Notes under the pieces: model-generated
The model's database searches: none
What the model was told of the DNA's origin: nothing
What the model saw: only the letters and a program-made list of their open reading frames with translations
Shown here: piece after piece, positions 32,686 to 40,242 of the stretch
How positions within the stretch are numbered: position 1 is the first letter of the stretch
How the letters are laid out: each line of letters starts with the position of its first letter
Origin: an uncultured Gemmatimonadales bacterium
Lineage (GTDB): Bacteria; Gemmatimonadota; Gemmatimonadetes; Longimicrobiales; RSA9
Assembly: GCA_963798085.1 (NCBI GenBank)
Contig: CAWCRS010000008.1
Span: 288,001 to 352,000, forward strand
Direction of reading: 5' to 3'
Length of the DNA: 64,000 nt
Program-made: the position numbers and the translations under genes

Positions 32686-33650
32686 TCAGTCATACCGAGT
32701 CACACCGAACACCGTGCCTCGCGCGCTGCCCAGTCCGCTCCATGCCAGCAGCGTGTTAGCCTTCTGCTTCATGCCCTTCACGGTATCGCCGCGCAGTACG
32801 GCGAGGTTGGAACCCTCGGGGCTCCAGGCGAGCGCGTCGAAGTCCGCGGCCGCGGTGTTGAGCGCGCGCGTCTCGCCGCTCGCGAGGTCGAGCAGGTAGA
32901 CGCCATTGCCCATGCGTTCCGAGGCGGAGACGGTGTAGGCCAGCAGGTTGCCCGCGTCGTCGAACTCGAACTGGTCGACATTGCCAATGTTGCGCACCGT
33001 GCCGCTGGCCAGCTCGCGCAGGATCAGGTCCGCGCCATCGAACTTCGCATCGGCCTGCGCCTTGTTGAGCCGCACCGCCAGGAACTTCGAGTCGGCCGAG
33101 AACTTCCATGACGCCGCGTTAGCGATCGAGGTCCGGACGCCGCTGGCGAGGTCGAGCAGCTCGAGGTGTCCGACGGGAGGCGTCGCCTGACCATTCTGTG
33201 CAGCACCGCGAGCGCCGCCGCCGTTGCCGCCGCGCCCACGTCCAGCCGCGCGCTCCGGCGGGTTCACGAAATAGGTGATCCAGTGCGAGTCGTCGGAGAA
33301 CTGTGTCGCGCCGCCGCCGCCGCGACCGCCGCGTCCCCCGCCTCCACCCGCGCGGCCACCGCGTCCACCGCCCAGTGAGGACGTGTAGTCGTGGGTTCCG
33401 TCGAGTTCCTTCACGTGCAGCAGCGGCTCGCCCTCGTTGGGCGAGTAGGTGAACGTGAGCCAGCGTCCGTCGTGCGAGAGGTCCGTCGATGTGATGCGGT
33501 TCCAGCGGGCGTAGTCCTCCAGGTTCAGGACCTTGAGGACACTCGCGGTACTTGCGTCGCGGTGGCCGGCGCCTGTGCGCGTGCGGCCTGGATGGGCGCG
33601 AACAGCAGGGCCAGCGCGAGCGCACGAAGTAGCGCTGCAGAGCGTCGCAT
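32686..33650 (-). pseudogene. 3'-truncated second allele of the S9 peptidase
   Basis: Own ATG (33650) and signal peptide MRRSAALLRAL. Homology to the full gene ends abruptly at 32722; no catalytic domain. Confidence 0.88.
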
Positions 33651-33803
33651 GGGGGAGTCTCCGGAAGTGGGAATGTGTGCGGGATCGATTATGACTTGCG
33701 AGTTCCCCAGCAAGACGGCTGGTCGAGGCCGTGTGCCATCAGGGATCAGGCGACGATGCCAGTCCCGTCAGACGCAGGGGATCGGGCGACGATGCTCGTC
33801 CCG

Positions 33804-34748
33804 TTACACGCGCTGGAAATTGAACGTCATGCCCACGGTGCAGATCGTGAGGGTGTGACCCACAATCCAGGCGTCGCCCACCTGGTCCTTGTCCATCAAG
33901 TCCGCGTGCAACTGCCCCATCCCATCCACCGCCCAGTGTCCCTGACTCTCGGTGCCGTCCGGACCCTTGAACCTGGCGGTGCCATCGGCGACGAACTCCA
34001 GCGCCAGCGGCCCCATGCGCCAGCGGCCCACAATGGCCTCGGCGAGCGGACGCGGATCGCGCGCCTCCATTGGTGGCGGCGTCACCGGGCGCATGAGCTG
34101 GTCCATGAGCGAGGACTGCAGCCCCGCCATCCGCGCGAGCGCCTCCCCGGACCGACCGGGATCGCGCGAGAGTGCGGCCATGCCCAGCGACTTGAGCGTG
34201 TCCAGCGTGAGCGCCGGGTCTCCCTCCGGCTGCGCGGGCCCCGCGACGGGCTCGAGATTGACCAGCCGCCGGCTGCGCGGCAGGTAGTACGCACGCACAT
34301 ACCCCGCGTTGGGCGCCGCCAGGTACCGCGTGCTCGTGGTCAGGAACATGGAACGGCCGACGAAAAGGTAGAAGTTCTGCAGCCTCTTGCCCGATGGGTT
34401 GAAGTTGCCGCGCTTCGAGATCGGGCCTTCGACCATTTCCACCCGCCCGTCGCGCAGATCCTGCAGCAGCCGGTTGCCCGTGCCCATTGCAGTCAGCGCC
34501 AGCAGCCCCGCCGCCAGAAAGGTCACCACCGCGCCCGGAAGCAGCAGCCACCCATTCGGCACGTCGCGCGGCGCGCGCAGCAGCAGGACCGCCATGCCTG
34601 CGAACACCAGTGCTATCAAGACGCGGTTGGACCGCCTGCGCCGCGCGTAGCTGCGCAGGTCTCGCTGCTGCTCATCGGTCAGGCTGCCGCTGCGATTCGC
34701 CTCCAGCGCGTCAGCCGGAAACGCGTCGGCCTGGAACTGCGCCATCAT
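33804..34748 (-). CDS. Hypothetical membrane protein (2 TM plus soluble beta-rich domains)
   Basis: 314-aa ORF with GGAGGTG RBS and two hydrophobic helices. Confidence 0.75.
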   Translation of the reverse strand: MMAQFQADAFPADALEANRSGSLTDEQQRDLRSYARRRRSNRVLIALVFAGMAVLLLRAPRDVPNGWLLLPGAVVTFLAAGLLALTAMGTGNRLLQDLRDGRVEMVEGPISKRGNFNPSGKRLQNFYLFVGRSMFLTTSTRYLAAPNAGYVRAYYLPRSRRLVNLEPVAGPAQPEGDPALTLDTLKSLGMAALSRDPGRSGEALARMAGLQSSLMDQLMRPVTPPPMEARDPRPLAEAIVGRWRMGPLALEFVADGTARFKGPDGTESQGHWAVDGMGQLHADLMDKDQVGDAWIVGHTLTICTVGMTFNFQRV

Positions 34749-34848
34749 TCACCTCCACGGATCCAATCGCTCGGGCTGCCTTCCACGGCGGAGCGGTACG
34801 CAGTCATCACGAATGCCGCGCACGTGCCGGAAGGGCACTAACCGACTG

Positions 34849-35178
34849 TCAGGTTCCGCGACGGGCATTTCGTGCCTGGATATGAGCCGCAACGACGATC
34901 GCCAGGGCGGCCAGCAGCGGTCCCGAGCCGAAGACGCCCGCCAGCCCGCACAGGTTGGCCGCGCCGCTCCCCGAACAGGCCACGGCGATGCCCGCGACGG
35001 TTCCGACGACATAGGCAGAAATCCCGGCCAGCAAGGTGGTCATCAGGTAGCGCACTGCGGATATCCGTCTGCGGGGAACGCCCGCGCGTGCCCGGCCAAA
35101 ATAGAACGGCACCGCGATCACGGCCGCGAGCAGCGCTGCCGGGCCAATCGTAATTGCCGTATCGAGCGCCGATTTCAT
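34849..35178 (-). CDS. Small 3-TM membrane protein (paralog of 32211-32543)
   Basis: GIAVACSGSGAANLCGLAGVFGSGPLL and RISAVRYL. Confidence 0.75.
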   Translation of the reverse strand: MKSALDTAITIGPAALLAAVIAVPFYFGRARAGVPRRRISAVRYLMTTLLAGISAYVVGTVAGIAVACSGSGAANLCGLAGVFGSGPLLAALAIVVAAHIQARNARRGT

Positions 35179-35311
35179 GTGCGTGGAAGGCACCTCGGCA
35201 ACGCGCGTCTGATCACTTCGTCGTCACGATCCGTGCAGTAAGGACCGGATCGCGCTTCCGCGAAGATGCCTGCGAAGTGCGACCGACGTCAATGTCGCGG
35301 ACGTCGAGGCG

Positions 35312-37777
35312 CTATTCCTGGCGCAGTGCCGTCAGTGGATCGAGGCCGGCCGCGCGCCGTGCGGGCAGCCAGCTGGCGATCATTGCGACTGCCAGCAGGA
35401 ATGCGGTCACGCTGGCGTACGTGAGGGCATCAGTGGTGGTCACCTGGAACAGCAGCGAGGTGAGTGTGCGGCTGAGTGCGAGCGCGCCAAGCAGACCGAT
35501 GACGAGACCGGCGCTCACCACGGCGCCGCTCTGTCGCAGCACCATGGCGAGGACGTCGCGGGGGCGGGCGCCCAGGGCAATGCGCACGCCGATCTCACTC
35601 GTGCGCTGGCCCACCACGTAGCCGAGCACGCCGTAGATGCCGATCGCACCTAACAGCAATGCCACAGCGCCCGCGATCAGCAGCAGTGTCATGGTGAACG
35701 CCAGCCTCGCCGTGGCGCCGGCCACGATCATGTCCATGGAGCGGAGATGCCCCAGTGCGACGCCCGGATTCACCTGCGCGGCGGCGGCGCGCACGGCGCC
35801 GGCGAGGCTCATGGGTGGCACACTCGTGCGTACCACGAAGGCCATGCTGTGCACGCCCGAACCCACATCGTCGACCGGATCCAGTGCCGGCACGTAGACG
35901 ATTCCATACGCGGGCTCATCGAGTCGCTCGACGGGCGTGTTGCCCACGATGCCCACGACCGTGTACCACATGTCCTTGCTGGGGCCGTCCTCGAACATGT
36001 AGCTCATCTGCTGCCCGATCGGGTCCTCGTTCGGGAAGTAGAGGTCGGCGGCGCGGCGCGTCAGCACGATCGAGCCAATGCGCTGCTGATGATCCGCTGG
36101 CTGGAACACACGCCCGCGCAACACCGGGATGCGCAGGGTCGCGAAGTAGCCGGGAAGCGCCCGCCGGATCTGAACGAGCGGCGGCAGCTGTCCGGGCGGA
36201 ATGGGCCGGTTGCGCACCCGCAGTGGATCGCCCCAGCAGCCGCCCGTCAGCGGCAGGCACGTGACCGCGCCCGCGCTCTGCACACCGGGCAGCGCGCGCA
36301 GTCGTTCGAGCAGTGCATCGTGGTAGCCCACTGCACCCGCGCGCTTCTCGTAGTCGTGGCTGCTGAGTGCTACATCGAACGTCAGGACGTTGTCGGGTGC
36401 AAAGCCGGGATCCACGGCGCGCAGGCGCAGGAAGCTGCGCAGCATGAGGCCGGAGCCGACCAGCAGCACGAGCGCAAGCGCGACCTGTCCGGCCATGAGC
36501 GCATTGCGCGCGCGGAAACGGGCCCGGCCCGCGGTCGTGCTGCGTCCACCCTCGCGCAGCGCACTCGACAATGCACCCCCGCGGCGCAGCAGCGGGATCA
36601 GCCCGAACGCTGCGGCCGCGAACAGCGCCAGCAGCAACGTCCAGAGCAGCGTGCGCAGGTCGATCGAGACTTCGTTCAGTCGTGGCAGGTTGTCCGGACC
36701 GAAGCGCACCAGCAGGCGGACCGCCAGCGCGGCGAGTGAAAGGCCCACCGCTGCACCGGCGAGGGACAGCACGATGCTCTCGGACAGGAAGTAGCGCACG
36801 ATGCCGGCCCCGCCCGCGCCCAACGCACGCCGCACCGCCACGTCGCGCTGCCGGCCTTCCGAGCGGACCAGGAACAGGTTCGCGACATTGGCGCACGCAA
36901 TGAGCAGCACGAAGCCGACGACGCCGAGCAGGATCCAGAGCGCCGTGCGCACGGAACCAATGACGTGATCCTTCAGCGGCTCGGGCGCACCCGCCAGCCT
37001 CGCCGCATCCAGCGCCTGCTGCGTCACGGGATCACCCGGAAACGCCGCCTTCAGCCCCGCGATCAGCACAGCCATCTCGCGCTTTACACCGTCCACCGTG
37101 GAGCCAGGTGTCATGCGGGCAATGCTCTGATAGTTGAAGCCGCCCACCGACTTCGCCTGCTCCTCGCTGATCCGCTCCGGCACATACACCTGAATGCGCG
37201 GATCCGGGAAGGCAAACCCCGCCGGCATCACGCCGACGACTTCGCGCCCCACACCGTCCAGCCGGATCGTGCGTCCCACCATGTTCGCATCGCCGCCGAA
37301 GCGCGTGATCCACAGCGCATGACTGATGACGACGACGTTCGCATTGTCCTGTGCTTCCTTGTCCGTGAACCATCGCCCCAGCTGCGGGCGCACGCGCAGC
37401 GCGTCGCCCAGGGACGCGGTCGCATCGAGGCCGATGAGACGGTCCGGTTCACCGGTCCCTGTCAGCGTCACCTCATCATCGCGGAAAATCGCCAGGTCCT
37501 GGAAGCTGTGCGCACGTTCGCGATAGTAGCGATACAGTCCCTGTGAAAGCCCGATCGGACCGGGCAGCTGAATGCCTGGCGCGATATGATCCACCCAGAC
37601 GAGACGCTCGGGTTCGGGCCAGGGCAGCGGCCGCAGGATCACGCTGTTGACCACGGCGAAGATGGCCGTATTCGCGGCAATCCCCAGTGCCAGCGTGAGC
37701 GCCGCGGAAAGGGCAAACGCAGGGCTGCGCGCGAGCCGGCGCAGCGCGTGTCGGAGTTCGCGGAAGTTATCGAGCAC
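35312..37777 (-). CDS. ADOP-type duplicated ABC permease
   Basis: 821 aa. ELRHALRRLARSPAF...TLALGIAANTAIFAVVNSVILRPLP, LIACANVANL, EIGVRIALGA, PARRAAGLDPLTALRQE. Confidence 0.93.
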   Translation of the reverse strand: MLDNFRELRHALRRLARSPAFALSAALTLALGIAANTAIFAVVNSVILRPLPWPEPERLVWVDHIAPGIQLPGPIGLSQGLYRYYRERAHSFQDLAIFRDDEVTLTGTGEPDRLIGLDATASLGDALRVRPQLGRWFTDKEAQDNANVVVISHALWITRFGGDANMVGRTIRLDGVGREVVGVMPAGFAFPDPRIQVYVPERISEEQAKSVGGFNYQSIARMTPGSTVDGVKREMAVLIAGLKAAFPGDPVTQQALDAARLAGAPEPLKDHVIGSVRTALWILLGVVGFVLLIACANVANLFLVRSEGRQRDVAVRRALGAGGAGIVRYFLSESIVLSLAGAAVGLSLAALAVRLLVRFGPDNLPRLNEVSIDLRTLLWTLLLALFAAAAFGLIPLLRRGGALSSALREGGRSTTAGRARFRARNALMAGQVALALVLLVGSGLMLRSFLRLRAVDPGFAPDNVLTFDVALSSHDYEKRAGAVGYHDALLERLRALPGVQSAGAVTCLPLTGGCWGDPLRVRNRPIPPGQLPPLVQIRRALPGYFATLRIPVLRGRVFQPADHQQRIGSIVLTRRAADLYFPNEDPIGQQMSYMFEDGPSKDMWYTVVGIVGNTPVERLDEPAYGIVYVPALDPVDDVGSGVHSMAFVVRTSVPPMSLAGAVRAAAAQVNPGVALGHLRSMDMIVAGATARLAFTMTLLLIAGAVALLLGAIGIYGVLGYVVGQRTSEIGVRIALGARPRDVLAMVLRQSGAVVSAGLVIGLLGALALSRTLTSLLFQVTTTDALTYASVTAFLLAVAMIASWLPARRAAGLDPLTALRQE

Positions 37778-37897
37778 GCGCGCTCTACAATGCGCCGCGC
37801 ATTCAGGTTTCGTGACGAGCGCCGGACGGTGGCCAGGGCAGGGGTGAGCAGCTACGGCCCGCGCCGGATGGCCGGTGCGTCGCGGTCTGTGGAGCCG

Positions 37898-38311
37898 CTA
37901 CCGCGGCTGAGCGCCGGTCGCGCGATGCTCCACCCACTCCACGCGTCCCGCGCGAATGGCGTCTCGCACCCGCCGCTCGCGCGCACTGAGGTCCCCACCC
38001 GCGGTCTTCACCTCGACGAAGACGACACGCTGCACGTCGCCATCGGACAGGCCATCGAACACCACGAAATCGACGGGCGAGCCGAGGAAGCGCGCATCCT
38101 TCGGATTGAACCGGAAATCCGGCAGCCAGGGCACCAGCTGCTCGTACACCTTGCCTACGGTCACCGCCATGCTGCGCTGCACGGCGTCGCGCCGCACCGT
38201 GCGCGTGTAGCGCAGCTTCCAGAGCTGCGCGTAGAGAAAGGAGAGCGTCACGCCGACCGCTGCTCCGATCACCAGAAACACAATGCCATTGGTCGACAGG
38301 GCCTGGCTCAA
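37898..38311 (-). CDS. Holliday-junction-resolvase-like PD-(D/E)XK nuclease (Endonuc_Holl-type) with N-terminal TM helix
   Basis: TTG 38311 with GAGG RBS. RRDAVQRSMAVTVGKVYEQLVP...ARFLGSPVDFVVFDG...FVEVKT. Confidence 0.82.
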   Translation of the reverse strand: MSQALSTNGIVFLVIGAAVGVTLSFLYAQLWKLRYTRTVRRDAVQRSMAVTVGKVYEQLVPWLPDFRFNPKDARFLGSPVDFVVFDGLSDGDVQRVVFVEVKTAGGDLSARERRVRDAIRAGRVEWVEHRATGAQPR

Positions 38312-38331
38312 GGGATTACCTCGCTGGCGTG

Positions 38332-38425
38332 ACCTAACCGTGTGTTGAGGCAGACGGCAGTGCCGGACTGTTTCAGGATGCGGCACGCGCCACCACGGCA
38401 CAACTGCCTGATCACTCTGTTCGCC
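38332..38425 (+). other. Degenerate attC-like imperfect palindrome
   Basis: ACCTAAC-CGTGT-GTTGAGGCAGACGGC ... GTGCCG/CGGCAC inner stem ... CTGCCTGATCAC-TCT-GTTCGCC. Confidence 0.35.
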
Positions 38426-38478
38426 GCTGGCCAGAGGCGAGGAGAGTCGCGAGCGGCAGCGTCGTGGCGGAGCTTCGA

Positions 38479-39045
38479 CTATCGGAACAGCGTCGAGAGT
38501 GGGAGGGTGAAGCCGGGAACCGCCGTCTCGCCGTCGAGGGAATCCGTTTCGCTCAACTGCGTGATCGAGCCGTCCTGCCGGTACACAGTAGCCGTGCGCT
38601 TGTGTGGGTCGATGGCCCAGATCAGCGGGATCCTGGCCTCCAGGTAGTCGCGAATGCGCTCCTGCCCGCCGGGTTTCTTCCTGCTCTTCAGATCGATTTC
38701 GACCGCCAGTACCGGCATGAAGCGCGCGAAGTGCTCCCCGGGCTCGCCGTGCTCTTCGATCTGTGCTGCGGTGAGGTATGCGATATCGGGACCGCGCAGG
38801 CGCCGTGGATCGCGCGCCAGAGGCAGTACGAAACCGGCATCGGTGATTACGCGCCCGCCCAGTTCGTGAGCCTCAATGTGATTGAGCAGCTGCTGTCCCA
38901 GCTTGATCATCAGCCATCCGTGGATCGGTGATGCCGGACGCACGGGAACCAGCTTTCCGTCGACCAGCTCGTACCCGCTGAGATGTGCGGGTATGTCCAT
39001 CTCGAGGATGTCGTCCGGTTCGATTTGTCTGGGCTGTGTGGCCAT
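38479..39045 (-). CDS. Uma2 family (DUF820) endonuclease-like protein
   Basis: YELVDGKLV...PASPIHG, RGPDIAY, LAVEI, YLEARIPLIWAIDP, VPGFTLPLSTLF. Confidence 0.9.
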   Translation of the reverse strand: MATQPRQIEPDDILEMDIPAHLSGYELVDGKLVPVRPASPIHGWLMIKLGQQLLNHIEAHELGGRVITDAGFVLPLARDPRRLRGPDIAYLTAAQIEEHGEPGEHFARFMPVLAVEIDLKSRKKPGGQERIRDYLEARIPLIWAIDPHKRTATVYRQDGSITQLSETDSLDGETAVPGFTLPLSTLFR

Positions 39046-39179
39046 GGAAGTTTCCCGCTGCTGGTCTCCCGCAATCTAGCCGCGTGGCGTGTCTCGCTCA
39101 ATTCGGTTGTCATTGGCGCGATGCTGCACGGCGCAGCCGGGCGAGACCATGTCAGATTGGGTCATTCGCACGACTCATC

Positions 39180-39201
39180 GAGCGCGGTGAAAGCCGCGCT
39201 C
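39180..39201. repeat. REP-like / terminator-like hairpin
   Basis: GAGCGCGG-tgaaag-CCGCGCTC perfect 8-bp stem just downstream of the 39218 stop. Confidence 0.35.
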
Positions 39202-39217
39202 CCTTTGCGCCGCGACC

Positions 39218-39697
39218 TCAGAACGAATCGGCAACGACGCGGATGGACCGCGGCCGGGCCTGGCCGGTGAAGTCCCGGCCGCGCGTGATGAAACCGCGAC
39301 GCTCCAGCGTCTTGATCATCTCGTGGACGGAGGGAGCGGAAACCATGAAATGCTGCTGCAGGTCCGTTTCGGCGGGCGACACACCGTAGTGCGCCATGTA
39401 CTTCATGATGAAATCGAGGTACTCCCGCTGGCGAGCCGTAGGCGCGTCTTTCGATCGCGCGGCCTTCGGCCGGGCAATGTCATGAAGCACGACGGACATG
39501 CCCTCCGTCGTCCGCTGGATGACCAACGCGGACTCGTCGGTGAAGCGGAGCGTGATGTGGGTCTCGTTCGCCTCGAGGTGCGATACGATGCGTCCCTGCA
39601 GCAGCTCGGACAGCTTCCTGGCGTCCAACTGTGGCCTCCGTCGGTCCGTTCGTTCACGATCACGGGCGCCAGACGGCGCCGTGCATCCTTCCGTCAT
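39218..39697 (-). CDS. LexA-N/MarR-like winged-HTH protein with a small N-terminal domain and no S24 peptidase
   Basis: PTARQREYLDFI...GVSPAETDLQQHFMVSAPSVHEMIKTLERRGFI...PRSIRV. Confidence 0.72.
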   Translation of the reverse strand: MTEGCTAPSGARDRERTDRRRPQLDARKLSELLQGRIVSHLEANETHITLRFTDESALVIQRTTEGMSVVLHDIARPKAARSKDAPTARQREYLDFIMKYMAHYGVSPAETDLQQHFMVSAPSVHEMIKTLERRGFITRGRDFTGQARPRSIRVVADSF

Positions 39698-39789
39698 GTG
39701 CCAGCGTTGCAACAGATCATCGGTCTGACCGGCGACGGCCGCACGCGCATTCGAGCCGCGCCCATCCGGAGCCGAGCAACGCATCGCAC

Positions 39790-39990
39790 TCAGTGTGCTG
39801 GCGACGTGTGTGCGCGCCGTGTGAGCGCGGCCTCTCCGCGCGGAAGGTAGATCAGATGCGGGAGGTCGGCGCAGGACATGCACCGGGGCCGTTCGCCCTC
39901 GAGCCGCAGAAAGCGCCCTGACACGAGTTCCTCGCCGCACTCGGCGCACGTGGACTCGCGAATGATCTCGAACACCACGATTTCGTTCGA
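39790..39990 (-). pseudogene. N-terminal remnant of a DUF2293-like protein
   Basis: CAECGEEL...RCMSCADLPHLIYLPRGEAALTRRA followed by an early stop; no proper start. Confidence 0.55.
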
Positions 39991-40033
39991 CTAAGCCGCT
40001 GGCTCTGGCTCTGGCATGGCAATGAGATCGAGA

Positions 40034-40210
40034 TCAGTCCGATTGCCCCACTGTACCAGCCCGCTGCTGGAGATCACCCAGCACGCCCTCGATCTGCTCC
40101 AGCGACGCCCGCAGATCCTCCGCAATCTCCTCTGCCAGCACGTGCGGGTCCGGCAGGTTCGCCGAGTCCTCCAGCGACTCGTCCTTGAGCCAGAAGATGT
40201 CGAGGTGCAC
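40034..40210 (-). pseudogene. hsdM: C-terminal remnant of a type I R-M methyltransferase subunit
   Basis: 58 codons, not in the ORF track: VHLDIFWLKDESLEDSANLPDPHVLAEEIAEDLRASLEQIEGVLGDL, matching a conserved HsdM C-terminal tail. Confidence 0.7.
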
Positions 40211-40242
40211 TTCCGGGGTTCCATTCGATGCATCCCCCCCAA

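Noticed and set aside
28834..33535. DGR template/variable repeat pair, given the Avd-like gene at 58.5 kb
   Set aside because: The differences are synonymous and not adenine-specific, the repeat is ~800 bp at a gene 5' end, and no reverse transcriptase is in the window.
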